A stretch of 64,000 bases of DNA from an uncultured Phycisphaerales bacterium (GCA_938084645.1 CALKEP010000008.1:96001-160000); one strand, 5' to 3'; shown: positions 40,787 through 51,074, counted from the first letter of the stretch. Made by a program: numbers and translations. The notes: generated from the sequence alone by a model not told the origin.

Positions 40787-42262
40787 ATGCGTTGCAAGAA
40801 ATGTGACTATCCGCTCTGGAACCTGTCGCCCGGCGCGTGCCCCGAATGCGGGAACGCGTTCCGTCCGGGCGACTTCGAGTTCAAGATCGGCGAGGTCCGC
40901 TTCTGCTGTCCGCACTGCGATCAGGCCTACTACGGCGATACCGCCGATGGTCACCTCGATCCGAAGTCCTTCGAGTGCGTCGGTTGCCGAGCCTCGATCG
41001 AACAGGATGAGTGCACCGTCCGGCCGCTCGAGGGTCAGGACGCGATCGACACGACGGTGGCCCCGTGGTTCGACCCCGCGCGAGGGCTGTTCAAGCGGAC
41101 GATCTTCACCGCGGGGTGGGCGATGGTGCGCCCCGGTGACCTTGCTCGGGGGATTCCGCGGGATTCAGGTCTGAACGCCGGACTCGCCTTCCTGATGCTG
41201 GTCAACCTCCTCTCCCTGGTCGTCGGGTTTCTTCCACTGATCGTCGTCGTCATGGCCGTTCCGCTCTGGACCCAGGGGCTCAACGGTATGAACGCGCCGG
41301 GCATCGGCGTGGCCGCCGGCTTCATCTCCATCTTCGGCGGCACGACGTTCGCGGCGAGCCTGTTCGGCGTGCTGCTCATCGCGGTCGTGGCCCATGGGAT
41401 CCTTCGGCTCACCGGACCGGTCCAGGATGGACTCGGGCGGACGGTGTCGCTCGCCTGCTTCGGGTCCGGACCGGTGCTGATCGTCGCGATTCCCTGCCTC
41501 GGTCCCTACTGCGGAAGCCAGGTGAGTGGTGTCTGGGCGATCGTCTCCACGATCCTGCTCCTCGCCGCGGGCCAGCGGGTCGGAGGCGGGCGGGCGACGC
41601 TCGCGGTCCTCACCCTGCCCATTCTCGCGCTGCTCGCGTTCGTCGGCTTCGTCGTGTTTTCCGCCGTTGGTTCGGCGAACGTGACGATGAACCCGGTCGT
41701 CGTGCCGGGGGTGAACGGTGCGCCGCCGGCGATCGCGACTCCGATCGAGGGTTCGCCGTCGGTGGTGGCGGACGGTGTCCAGGACATCGTGCGAGACCTG
41801 CTTCCCGAGATCTCATCCGTTTCGGCGACGGCCACGCTCGACGTGACGCTGCCGGAGCGACTTCGTGCGGATGGTCTCGGGGATCTGATCCCCGAGTCTT
41901 CCACGGCCATCACCACGCCCGGGGCCGGATGGATCACCTGGTATGCCGGCGATCTCTGGTTGACGGTGATTCCCGGGATGCCCCGGCGTGGTCCGTCGAA
42001 GTGCGTGATCGGGATCCGATCGGACGCCGACCAGTCCGATCGAATCACGGTGATCACGATCTCCGGCAAGGATGGCAGCATCGACCAGGTCGACGCTGCG
42101 GCGTTCCGCGACAGGCTGAACGAACGGCTGGCCTTCCTCGGGCTGGGGGTGGAGGATCCGATCCCCGCCGTGCTGGTGGGCCGTTGGCTGGCGGGCACGT
42201 CGCCACCGGCGGACTCCGCCGGTGAAGCACCACCCGAGGCTCCGGCCGACGGTGGTGCCTGA
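40787..42262 (+). CDS. Zinc-ribbon plus multi-TM (Yip1-like) membrane protein
   Basis: MRCKKCDYPLWNL...CPECG...CPHC...CVGC, then about 5 TM helices; GGAGG RBS. Confidence 0.75.
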   Translation: MRCKKCDYPLWNLSPGACPECGNAFRPGDFEFKIGEVRFCCPHCDQAYYGDTADGHLDPKSFECVGCRASIEQDECTVRPLEGQDAIDTTVAPWFDPARGLFKRTIFTAGWAMVRPGDLARGIPRDSGLNAGLAFLMLVNLLSLVVGFLPLIVVVMAVPLWTQGLNGMNAPGIGVAAGFISIFGGTTFAASLFGVLLIAVVAHGILRLTGPVQDGLGRTVSLACFGSGPVLIVAIPCLGPYCGSQVSGVWAIVSTILLLAAGQRVGGGRATLAVLTLPILALLAFVGFVVFSAVGSANVTMNPVVVPGVNGAPPAIATPIEGSPSVVADGVQDIVRDLLPEISSVSATATLDVTLPERLRADGLGDLIPESSTAITTPGAGWITWYAGDLWLTVIPGMPRRGPSKCVIGIRSDADQSDRITVITISGKDGSIDQVDAAAFRDRLNERLAFLGLGVEDPIPAVLVGRWLAGTSPPADSAGEAPPEAPADGGA

Positions 42263-42304
42263 GCGGGCCGGTGCCGGAGCGTCCTGACCGCCCCGTCACC
42301 TTCG

Positions 42305-43768
42305 TCAGTCACCCTTGACGGTGAGGTCGACGATCGCGGAGGCGTCACCGGTGGTCGTGCCGAAGTGGGAGCCGCAGCCGGTGCCGTCTTCACTCGCTTC
42401 AGTCTGCTTGTGCAGCGAAGTCGCCCGATACTTCGACCAGTCGTCGACTTCCAGGTCGGGACCGTCCGGCTCGAAGTGGGGCTTGAGCACGCGATAGTCG
42501 TTGTCGCGCTGCGCGGGGACGAAACCGGCGTCCCGGATCAGTCGGCAGATCATCGGCTCGTTGAGACAGTGGGCGGTGCCGGCGGAGGACACCACGTTCT
42601 CCTCCATCATCACCGAGCCCATGTCGTTCGCGCCGAAGCGGAGGCCGACCTGTCCGATGTGCGGGCCCATGGTCACCCAGCTCGAGCCGATCGACCAGAT
42701 GTTGTCGAGGTAGAGGCGACTCAGCGCCTGGGTGCGAAGGTAGGTCGTGGCGCCCGCGAGTCGAAGTCGCCGACCGAACTCCGGATGGAGTTCCTTGTCG
42801 CCGGATCCGTCGAGCAGACCGACCACGTCTCCCGGGAACGGTGCGTCGGGGTCGTCGCCCTCGACGTCGCCCCAGGCCTTGAGCCGGCCGAGCGGGGTGT
42901 TGTCGGGCTGGAAGGGCCAGGAGATGAAGGCGTGGTATCGACCGCCGCCGTCCGAGGCGAAGTCGCGGATCGCGTCGTCCTGCCAGCGGCGGACGAGTTC
43001 CATGTGGTGGATGCGGTCTCCGACGCCCTCGATGTGCCCGAACATCATCGTGGCGGAGGTGTTCAGTCCGAACTCATGGGCGACCCGCATCACGGTCAGC
43101 CACGCCTCGGCGGTGCACTTCCCGAGACCGATCTTCCGGCGAACGGCGTCCGCGAAGATCTCCCCGCCGCCACCGGGGATCGAGTCGAGGCCCGCCGCCA
43201 CCAGCGGCGCCAGCACGGTTCGAAGCTTGTCGGCGAGGGTGTCGCCCGCCGGGTCGAAGAAGTTGACGAACTCGATGAACTCCGGGGGGCTGAACGCGTG
43301 GACGTGGAGGTCGGGGAACTCCGCCTTGATGCGACGGAGCAGTTCGACGTACCAGTCGAGGGGGAGTTCGGGGTTCATCCCGCCCTGCATCAGGATCTGG
43401 GTGCCGCCGATCGCGACGACCTCCCGGATCTTCTGCAGCAGTTCCTCGTACTCGAGGGTGTAGGCGTCGTCGTCGCCCTGATCCCGCCGGAAGGCACAGA
43501 AGGTGCACTTCGCGGTGCAGACGTTCGTGTAGTTGATGTTCCGGTCGATCACGTAGGTCCGGATCGAGTCGCCATGGATCGCCCGGCATCGCCGGTCCGC
43601 GAGTCGGCCGAGATCGGCGATCGGCATGCGGTGCCAGGCGTCGAGCGCCTGCTCCGCCGACAGCCTCGTCTCGCCGGCGACCAACGCGTCCTGAAAGCCG
43701 GGATCGAGGGGATCGGCGTTCGGTTCGATGGTCGGTGACTTCTGGCGGTCGGGTTCGGGGGTGATCAT
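42305..43768 (-). CDS. mqnC: Cyclic dehypoxanthinyl futalosine synthase (radical SAM, CofH/MqnC family)
   Basis: TYVIDRNINYTNVC...C.FC, ILMQGG, HAFSPPE, SIPGGGGEI, ATMMFGH, SSWVT.G, FGANDMGSVMMEENVVSSAG. Confidence 0.9.
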   Translation of the reverse strand: MITPEPDRQKSPTIEPNADPLDPGFQDALVAGETRLSAEQALDAWHRMPIADLGRLADRRCRAIHGDSIRTYVIDRNINYTNVCTAKCTFCAFRRDQGDDDAYTLEYEELLQKIREVVAIGGTQILMQGGMNPELPLDWYVELLRRIKAEFPDLHVHAFSPPEFIEFVNFFDPAGDTLADKLRTVLAPLVAAGLDSIPGGGGEIFADAVRRKIGLGKCTAEAWLTVMRVAHEFGLNTSATMMFGHIEGVGDRIHHMELVRRWQDDAIRDFASDGGGRYHAFISWPFQPDNTPLGRLKAWGDVEGDDPDAPFPGDVVGLLDGSGDKELHPEFGRRLRLAGATTYLRTQALSRLYLDNIWSIGSSWVTMGPHIGQVGLRFGANDMGSVMMEENVVSSAGTAHCLNEPMICRLIRDAGFVPAQRDNDYRVLKPHFEPDGPDLEVDDWSKYRATSLHKQTEASEDGTGCGSHFGTTTGDASAIVDLTVKGD

Positions 43769-43870
43769 CGGCGGATTCCTGCGAATGACGCGGCGGTGGG
43801 GGCCGGTCCGGGTTCGATCGATGCTAGCGAGGATCCGTGTCGTCGGCGTCCGACGGCCCGGAACGGGATC

Positions 43871-45457
43871 TCAGACCTTGATCCTGGTCCAGCCGCCGTG
43901 GAGGAATCGGATCAGGAACAACATCCCGCGGATGACGATTTCGCCCATCAGGCCCATCCAGATTCCCGCGAGACCGAGTTCGAGGTGGACCCCGAGAAGC
44001 CAGCAGGCGGGAAGGCGGATCCCGTAGCTGGAGCAGGTGGTGATCAGCAGCGTCCACCGGGTGTCGCCCACCCCGCGAAGCCCCTGTCGCAGGACCATGG
44101 TCAGGGCGAAGAAGGCCTGGGTCGTCCCGCAGATGAAGAGGAGGCGGGGCACCTCGGCGAGATGGATCGGTTGATCGCTGATGATCGAGGTGAGCGTCCG
44201 GCCGAAGAGCATGAACACCACGCCCATCGCCGACATCATGATCACGCCGATGACCGTGCAGGCGATCAGCGCCCTCCGGGCCATGCCGGGGTTTCCAGCG
44301 CCGAGGTACTGGCCCGCGAGGGCGCCGGCCGCGGTCCCCATCGCGAATCCGGGCAGGAAACTGAAGGCCTCCCACTGGACGGTGATGATGTGGGCGCCCA
44401 CGAGCCCGCCGGCTTCGGCGACTTCCCCGGACGCCGTGGCTTTGGCCGCGATCCGACCGATGAAGCCGACCACGATGAGGCTGACCGCCCACATCGCGAT
44501 GCCTTCGAAGAAGGTCGGGATGCCGACCTTGACGACCCGCATCATGATCGAACGCTCGGGACGCAGCCGGGGCAGCTCGAGCCGAAGATCCTTCACGCCC
44601 CGGAACAGCACGAAGAGCGTGATGATTCCACCCACCGCCCAGCTCGTCGCGGTGCCGGCCGCGATGCCGCTGACGCCCCATTCGAGCGGGTCCACCCCGC
44701 CGGGGTTGGGGATCTCCACGCCCGCGATGTCGAGCGAGACCCCGGAAAGCAGCCACGAGGCGATGACGTTCACCACGTTCACCACGGCGGCGATGATGCT
44801 CGGCTTGAGCGTCTCGCCGGCGCCGAAGAGGCACATCGAGCCCACCATCATCACGCCGCAGAGCGGCATGCCCAGCGACATGGTCCGGACGTAGTCGACG
44901 GCATGGCGGCTGGCGTCGGGCGTCAGGTCGGTGAGCGCCGCCAACGGCGTCACGGCGAACCACATCACCACGCCGACCAGCGTCGACCACGCCACACCGA
45001 GCACGATGGTCGTGCCGAGTCCGCGCGATGCCAGTTCGCCATCGCCGGCCCCCATCGCTCGTGCGATGAGCGCCTGGCCGCCGAGCCCCACGCCACCGAG
45101 GGCGATCGACACGAACCAGCCGACGAACGAACCGATGCCCACGCCGTCCATCGCCGCGACCACGATCGCTTCGGGCAGGCCCCCGGCGAGCATCTTGTCC
45201 ACCAGTCCGACCAGGGCGGTCAGCGTCTGCTGCAGCAGCACCGGGATCGCGAGGATGCCGATCGCCGACCACATGGACCGGCCCGCGAGCCGACCCGACC
45301 GGATGACGCCTTCCTCGATCCCGTCCGCCTCCTCCTCCTGCATGGTGAGGATGGGATTCATCGGATCGTCCGGCGAGAGGCCGGCGTCACCGATGCCACG
45401 GCCCCGGAGGGGCTCGGCGTCGATTGGTTCGTGGGGGTGGTCGTCGCGTTCGGTCAA
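43871..45457 (-). CDS. MATE-family efflux transporter
   Basis: About 12 TM helices; LAIPV, LVDKML, GAGETL.P, GQYLGAG, LRGVGDT; TTG start overlapping the upstream stop. Confidence 0.9.
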   Translation of the reverse strand: MTERDDHPHEPIDAEPLRGRGIGDAGLSPDDPMNPILTMQEEEADGIEEGVIRSGRLAGRSMWSAIGILAIPVLLQQTLTALVGLVDKMLAGGLPEAIVVAAMDGVGIGSFVGWFVSIALGGVGLGGQALIARAMGAGDGELASRGLGTTIVLGVAWSTLVGVVMWFAVTPLAALTDLTPDASRHAVDYVRTMSLGMPLCGVMMVGSMCLFGAGETLKPSIIAAVVNVVNVIASWLLSGVSLDIAGVEIPNPGGVDPLEWGVSGIAAGTATSWAVGGIITLFVLFRGVKDLRLELPRLRPERSIMMRVVKVGIPTFFEGIAMWAVSLIVVGFIGRIAAKATASGEVAEAGGLVGAHIITVQWEAFSFLPGFAMGTAAGALAGQYLGAGNPGMARRALIACTVIGVIMMSAMGVVFMLFGRTLTSIISDQPIHLAEVPRLLFICGTTQAFFALTMVLRQGLRGVGDTRWTLLITTCSSYGIRLPACWLLGVHLELGLAGIWMGLMGEIVIRGMLFLIRFLHGGWTRIKV

Positions 45458-46383
45458 GGACCTTCGCCGACGTTCTCGTAGGTCCGATCGGGATCGGCCT
45501 TCGTCTTCGCGGCCCCGTCCTTCGAGCCGGCGTCCTTCGCGGCGCCCTCCTCGTAGGTGGCGTCGCTGGATTCATCGAGGCCACGGGGCACGCCCGGCTT
45601 CTCGAAGTCCACCGGTGCCCAGAAGGCGAGTTTCTCGAAGAACGAGATCGGACGCTCGAAGGTGGGGTAGAGGAACGTCTCGACGTCGGCGAAGGCGGCA
45701 TCGGTCGAGTCGTACCAGGACAGCCATGCAGGGGCGTCAACGCCGAAGTCCCGGCCCGTGAGGACGCGAAGGCTGTCGGCCGCGGCGAGGTTGAGCGCGA
45801 GGCTCCGATCCTCGAGCGCGAGGGCGAGGGCCTGGAACGCCGCGTCGGTCGGATACTGGCCGAGGGCGATCGCGAGTTCGATCCGGATCGCTTCGTCCTC
45901 GTTCTCGTCGATGAGTCGTCGCCAGATTCGATCCTCGACGGCGGGCTCGTGGAGCCGCTGCAGGGCGATGGCCGCCTCGAGCCGGACCTGGCGGTAGTCG
46001 TTCTCGAGTTGATCCGCGATCTGGATCGCGTCCTCGGGTTCGCCCCAGCGTCCCAGGGCGCGGATGCCCGAGGATCGGACGAGCGGATCGGGGCTCTCCG
46101 TCGCGAGCACGCGGTACAGGTCGACGTAGGTGCGGTCGCCGCCGAAGGTCGCGTTGGAGAGGAGGATCACGCCCTTTCGCTGCAGGCCCGGATCGTTGAA
46201 GTCCGACGCCCACACCGCCGCCTGGAACGGGCTCGGCGGCGAGAACTTCTCGGTGAAGTCGTTCACGTCCTCGTTGAACGCATCGCAGCCGAGGACGCCG
46301 GTCGCGAGCAGGAGGACGGCCGACGCCAGCCGGGTCCGGGCGGCGAAGGGGGGTCGGGATTGATCGCGAGGGCGTGACGGCAC
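45454..46383 (-). CDS. HEAT-repeat lipoprotein
   Basis: Lipobox VLGC; HEAT units (PLVRSSGIRALG, QVRLEAAIALQ, AIRIELAIALG); LTGRDFG.D..AW..W. Confidence 0.8.
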   Translation of the reverse strand: MPSRPRDQSRPPFAARTRLASAVLLLATGVLGCDAFNEDVNDFTEKFSPPSPFQAAVWASDFNDPGLQRKGVILLSNATFGGDRTYVDLYRVLATESPDPLVRSSGIRALGRWGEPEDAIQIADQLENDYRQVRLEAAIALQRLHEPAVEDRIWRRLIDENEDEAIRIELAIALGQYPTDAAFQALALALEDRSLALNLAAADSLRVLTGRDFGVDAPAWLSWYDSTDAAFADVETFLYPTFERPISFFEKLAFWAPVDFEKPGVPRGLDESSDATYEEGAAKDAGSKDGAAKTKADPDRTYENVGEGP

Positions 46384-46423
46384 GCCGCGGAGTATACGTC
46401 CGTTCCGTGGTCTTCCGGGCGGT

Positions 46424-47368
46424 TCAGGAACGATCCGGGGCGAGTCCGGCGCGATTCCGGAGCCCCGCGAGAAGCTCCGTCGCCTCTTCCGCCATCCGGG
46501 TGTTCGGATACTCGTCCACGAGGCGTTCGCCGAGCTCGACCGCGGTCTTCCAGTCGCGTGCGTTGATCGCGTCGCGGAAGCGGACCCCGCATCGCTCCCG
46601 ATGGGCGGCCACGATCGGCTGGGCGACGTCGAGTACCCGGGTGCTTTCGCGCCCGACGAGGTGCCGGTCGAGGTCCCGAAGGAGCGTCATCGCCTCGTCG
46701 ATCCGGCCGGTCGCGTGCGCTTCACGCATCCGCGTCTCGACGTCGGCCGCGTGGCGGAGTCGCGCCGCCAGGATCTGTTCCGGCAGGCTCGCGATCGCGG
46801 GGGTGTCGGGGAAGAGTCGTTCGAGTCGATGCTGGACCCCGGCGGCGGCATCCCAGTCGCCGGCGGCCAGCAGTCGAGCGATGTGACGCGTTCCGTCCGC
46901 GATCCGTCGTTCGACCTCCTCGCGGCGGCTGGCGTCGATGCGGGCGCGAAGCCCCTCGGCCTCCTCCCGTCGCCCGAACTGGGTTCCAAGTTCGTCGACC
47001 ATCCGCATCGCCGCGTCGAAATCACCGGACGCGATGTCCTGCTCCAGGAGCATTCGCAGCAGTTCGAGTTCTCGATCCCGGTAGACCAGTCGTTTGGCCT
47101 GATCGGAGAGCATCGAATGTTCCTCGATGCGTCCGAGGATCGCGGCGGTGGAATCGCCGTCGGCGGCGCCGCGTCGTCCGAGGAGCGTGGCCAGTCCGAT
47201 CGCGAGCAGGGAGGCGATGCCGCCGGCGACCGCACCGGCGAGCATCGGCGCGGACCACGCGGCCTCCGGACGCAGGAAGGCGATGGTTCCCAGCAGCACC
47301 GCGAGGAACACGGCGGCGGCGAACCAGGGCAGACCCGTCCGAACCGTCCCGTCGTGGGTCGCCTTCAC
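46424..47368 (-). CDS. Hypothetical membrane-anchored helical protein
   Basis: Two N-terminal TM helices, then TPR-like helices; GTGA overlap with the cupin gene. Confidence 0.75.
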   Translation of the reverse strand: MKATHDGTVRTGLPWFAAAVFLAVLLGTIAFLRPEAAWSAPMLAGAVAGGIASLLAIGLATLLGRRGAADGDSTAAILGRIEEHSMLSDQAKRLVYRDRELELLRMLLEQDIASGDFDAAMRMVDELGTQFGRREEAEGLRARIDASRREEVERRIADGTRHIARLLAAGDWDAAAGVQHRLERLFPDTPAIASLPEQILAARLRHAADVETRMREAHATGRIDEAMTLLRDLDRHLVGRESTRVLDVAQPIVAAHRERCGVRFRDAINARDWKTAVELGERLVDEYPNTRMAEEATELLAGLRNRAGLAPDRS

Positions 47369-47733
47369 GAGCCCGGCACCGCACTGCCGTCACCCCGGGT
47401 CCGGGGGACGAGGCAGATGAACTCGACCGGCTCGGAACCGGTGTTGCGGAACTGATGCACCTGATCGGCTTCGACGTACATGACGTCGCCCGGATGGAAC
47501 CGGACGGTCTCGTCTCCGTGATCGGCCTCGCCGTCGCCGGCGAGGACGATCACCTGGTGTTCGTAGTCGTGGGCGTGCTTCGGCGTGTGTCCGCCGGGTT
47601 GAACGACGAAGTGCCGCATCGAGAAGTTCGGCATGTCGTCCGCGGCGCCCAGCAGCACGCGCATGGCGACATCCTTCACGCCATCGAGTTCCACCGCGGT
47701 GGTCTCGGAGGAATCGAGTCGAGTGCGAATCAT
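47365..47733 (-). CDS. Cupin-domain protein
   Basis: FSMRHFVVQPGGHTPKHAHDYEH...GDVMYV....HQFRN. Confidence 0.88.
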   Translation of the reverse strand: MIRTRLDSSETTAVELDGVKDVAMRVLLGAADDMPNFSMRHFVVQPGGHTPKHAHDYEHQVIVLAGDGEADHGDETVRFHPGDVMYVEADQVHQFRNTGSEPVEFICLVPRTRGDGSAVPGS

Positions 47734-47797
47734 GCGGTGGGCTCCGGTTCGGAGGAAGATGGGGAATCGGGCGACGACTTCCCGTACTGTAGTGGGC

Positions 47798-48466
47798 ATG
47801 ACCGACCAGACCTCGACGGATCCCGTGCTCGCGATCATCCCGCTGGGCGACTACCAGACCAACGGCTTCGTGGTGGCCGACGATGCCGACCCCGCTCGAT
47901 GCTGGATCGTCGACTGCGGCCAGCGCCCGACGCCGCTGCTCGAGGCGGTCGAGGCCACCGGGCGGACCCCCGCGGGCATCGTGCTCACGCACTGTCATCA
48001 CGATCACATCGCCGGGATCGACGAGGCCCTGACCCGGTTCGGCTCGATGCCGATCCGCTGCCATGCCGCGGAGGCGGACTGGAATGGAGAGCCGATGCTC
48101 AATCTCTCCGCCTTCCTGGGTGCTCCGGCCACCGCGACGCCGCCCGACGGTGTCTTCGACGAGGGGGATCCATGCCCGCTCGGGCCGGCGTGGCGGATCA
48201 TGCATCTCCCCGGACACAGCCCGGGCTCCTGCGGATTCCTGCACGAACCGACGGGTGTCCTGATCGCGGGGGACACCCTCTTCGCAGGGTCGATCGGCCG
48301 CATCGATTTTCCGACCTCGGATCCCGAGGCGATGCGTGGATCGTTGCGTCGAATCCTGGCGCTCGAGGACGCGACACGGGTGCTTCCCGGTCATGGCGGC
48401 GAGACCACGGTGGGGCGGGAGCGGGCGGGGAATCCGTTCGTCGAGGGTGGTGAGCCTCGCTTCTGA
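47798..48466 (+). CDS. MBL-fold metallo-hydrolase (glyoxalase II-like)
   Basis: THCHHDH, PGHSPG, GDTLF.GSIGR.D, PGHG.ETTVG.E...NPF. Confidence 0.92.
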   Translation: MTDQTSTDPVLAIIPLGDYQTNGFVVADDADPARCWIVDCGQRPTPLLEAVEATGRTPAGIVLTHCHHDHIAGIDEALTRFGSMPIRCHAAEADWNGEPMLNLSAFLGAPATATPPDGVFDEGDPCPLGPAWRIMHLPGHSPGSCGFLHEPTGVLIAGDTLFAGSIGRIDFPTSDPEAMRGSLRRILALEDATRVLPGHGGETTVGRERAGNPFVEGGEPRF

Positions 48467-48628
48467 TCCCGCCGACAAGCCGCTTCTGAGGTTCTCAGGG
48501 GGTCTGTTCGACGTTCGGAACCGGATTTCACTCGAACTTGCCGGCTCCATCGTTGGTTTTTTCCATCGAGCGGCTAGTTTGGAGTTGTCCGCTCCCCTCC
48601 CATCGCCCTTCGCACCGGAGTTCCATTC

Positions 48629-49459
48629 ATGAAGTCAGCCCTCCTCGCCGCCGTGTCTGCGCCCTTGCTGCTCTGCGGATCGGCCGCCCTCGGCCAGAGC
48701 ACCGCGGACTTCGAGGTGATCGAAGGCTCGACCGCGGTCCTCACGCTCACGCTCACCATCGACACCTCGATCGGCACGAGCTCGGACGTGGACTCGACCA
48801 CCCAGCAGGTCACCGGTTTCGCCCGCGCGAACTTCGATTCCGCGGTTCCTCCGTTTCTCGCGATGGAACTTCCGGAACTGGAGTTCAACCTCGGGACCGG
48901 AGGCGTGAGCTACGAGCTGTTCTGCCTCCCGATCTTCGGCTGCCAGGCGCTGGACATCACGGTCTCCGACTTCATCATCCGACTCGACGAGGGCGGGGCC
49001 TCCGCCCCGCTCAAGGGCAACACCGCGTTCTTTCCGGATGCGCCGTTCGTCTCGAGCTTCAACTACAGCGTGACCGGCGACCTCGTGAACATCGAAGGCT
49101 CGAACGTGGTTCCGGACTTCTACAGCTTCGGCACCGACGTCCTTCCCTTGAAGGGGAAGGATCTGCTCATGGACAATCTCCTGCTGCAGACGTTCTCCTT
49201 CGAACTGGATCCGGCGGAACTTCCGGTCGGCGTGAACAGCGTCACGATCGAGGCCCAGGTCGATCTCTCGGGAACGACGCTGTTCGGGACGCTCGAGCCC
49301 TCGTGCCTGCCCGGTGATTTCAACTGCGACGGTTGCGTCGACGGCGGCGATCTGGGCTTCCTCCTCGCGGCCTGGGGCACCCCGGGTGGCGACCTCTCCG
49401 GCGACGGGTCGACCGATGGTGCCGACCTGGGCATCTTCCTGTCGCTGTGGGGTTGCTGA
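48629..49459 (+). CDS. Secreted beta-rich protein with C-terminal dockerin-like repeats
   Basis: Signal peptide (ALG|Q); GDFNCDGCVDGGDLG..L.AWG and GDLSGDGSTDGADLG..L.LWGC; GGAG RBS. Confidence 0.82.
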   Translation: MKSALLAAVSAPLLLCGSAALGQSTADFEVIEGSTAVLTLTLTIDTSIGTSSDVDSTTQQVTGFARANFDSAVPPFLAMELPELEFNLGTGGVSYELFCLPIFGCQALDITVSDFIIRLDEGGASAPLKGNTAFFPDAPFVSSFNYSVTGDLVNIEGSNVVPDFYSFGTDVLPLKGKDLLMDNLLLQTFSFELDPAELPVGVNSVTIEAQVDLSGTTLFGTLEPSCLPGDFNCDGCVDGGDLGFLLAAWGTPGGDLSGDGSTDGADLGIFLSLWGC

Positions 49460-49491
49460 ACCTTCGCCCGCGACGCGATTCTCGATCCATC

Positions 49492-49529
49492 ACGCCGCTT
49501 CGTCGCCTGCGACGGGGCGGCGTTTCATT
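49492..49529 (+). terminator. Probable intrinsic terminator
   Basis: ACGCCGCTTCGTCG/CGACGGGGCGGCGT stem followed by TTCATT, 32 nt after the stop at 49459. Confidence 0.55.
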
Positions 49530-49595
49530 CGATCCATCCCACTGGCGGCCGGCAGATCGGCGGCCGGGAACGCGGGGGTGCTAGCATCCCCTCCG

Positions 49596-50510
49596 ATGTC
49601 GACGAATCAACCCATCGTGCTCCGCCTCGGTCACAGCCCCGATCCCGACGACGCCTTCATGTGGTGGCCGCTCTTCGGAATCGACGGGGAGCCGCCCGCG
49701 ATCGCTTCGTCCCGATTTCGCTTCGAACAGGTCGAGATCGACATCGAAGCGGCGAATCGTCGGGCCGAGGCCGGTGACGACCTGCTGGAGATCACCGCCC
49801 TGAGCTGCGGACAGTTCCCCCGGGTCGCGGATCGATATGCGATCACCGCCTGCGGTTCGTCGATGGGTGAGGGCTACGGCCCGAAACTCGTCGCCGCGAC
49901 CGAGCGGTCGTGGGATGAATTCGCCGCGAGCCGACCGCGGATCGCGACGCCCGGTCGCCGGACCACCGCGGCCCTGACCCTGGGCCTGCGGATGGCCGGC
50001 GTGGATCATGAGCAGATCGAGACGCCGTTCGAAGAGGTCGGAGACCGCGTGCTTGCCGGCGAGGTGGATGCGGGGGTGGTCATCCACGAAGGCCAGCTCA
50101 CCTTCGCCGACGACGGTCTCCACCTGCTCGAGGATCTCGGGGCCTGGTGGGGGCGACGCACCGACGGACCGCTTCCACTCGGCCTCAACGTGGTCCGGCG
50201 CGACCTCGAGACGACGCACGGTGCGGGCACGTTGGAGGAGATCGCGGGCCTGCTCGAACGCAGCATCGCCCACGCCCTCGAGCATCGGACCCGATCGGTC
50301 GAATACGCGATGGGATTCGGTCGTGGCATCGATCACGAGACCGCGGACCGCTTCATCGAGCTCTACGTCAACCGGCTCACGGTCGACGCCGGGGCCCGGG
50401 GCCTCGAAGCGGTTCGTCGCCTCTTCGCCGAGGCGACCGCCGCCGGACTCGTTCCCGCCGTCGACGCCGTCGAATTCGTCCGGAGTGGGGCGACGGCGAC
50501 CGAGGGCTGA
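49596..50510 (+). CDS. mqnD: 1,4-dihydroxy-6-naphthoate synthase (MqnA/MqnD family)
   Basis: LGHSPDPDDAFM, G.SMG.GYGP, PG..TTA, GVVIHEGQLT, DLG.WW, PLPLG, FIELYVN. Confidence 0.9.
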   Translation: MSTNQPIVLRLGHSPDPDDAFMWWPLFGIDGEPPAIASSRFRFEQVEIDIEAANRRAEAGDDLLEITALSCGQFPRVADRYAITACGSSMGEGYGPKLVAATERSWDEFAASRPRIATPGRRTTAALTLGLRMAGVDHEQIETPFEEVGDRVLAGEVDAGVVIHEGQLTFADDGLHLLEDLGAWWGRRTDGPLPLGLNVVRRDLETTHGAGTLEEIAGLLERSIAHALEHRTRSVEYAMGFGRGIDHETADRFIELYVNRLTVDAGARGLEAVRRLFAEATAAGLVPAVDAVEFVRSGATATEG

Positions 50511-50603
50511 GGCGGTATACTCGCGCGCCCGGACCGAACCAGACCCGCGACGCGACGCTTCGCGTCGTCACGACCTGAACGGAACGCCTCGAACGGAACG
50601 CCC

Positions 50604-51071
50604 ATGTCCATGCAGATGCCCGAGACCGAGCGGGGATACGTTCCGCCCTCCGTCCGCCAGTTCAGCGTGTTTCTCGACAATCGCGTGGGGAAGATGCTGG
50701 AGTTGCTCGAGATGCTCGAGGCGGCGTCGGACGTGCACGTCCGGGCGACCTGCGTGCTCGACTCCAGCGACCATGCCGTGGTCCGGCTGGTCTGCGACAA
50801 CGCCGACGGCGCCCGTTTCGCCCTGCGGCAGAACGACTTCACGTTCTCCGAACTCGACATCCTGGTCTTCGAGCTGGTCACCGACGGGTCGCTGCGCGAG
50901 GCGCTCCGCTTCCTGCTGGCCGCGGAGGTGAACATCGCATTCACCTACCCGATCAATCGGACCGGTGACGGCCCCCCCGCGATGGCGATCGCGGTCGATG
51001 ACCACACCTTCGCGGGGCAGATCCTGCTTCGCAAGGGATTCAGCCTGCTCGGCGAGGCCGAACTGACCTGA
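50604..51071 (+). CDS. Tandem ACT-domain protein
   Basis: QFSVFLDNRVG, DSSDHAVVRLV, AEVNI.F.YP. Confidence 0.82.
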   Translation: MSMQMPETERGYVPPSVRQFSVFLDNRVGKMLELLEMLEAASDVHVRATCVLDSSDHAVVRLVCDNADGARFALRQNDFTFSELDILVFELVTDGSLREALRFLLAAEVNIAFTYPINRTGDGPPAMAIAVDDHTFAGQILLRKGFSLLGEAELT

Positions 51072-51074
51072 CGC

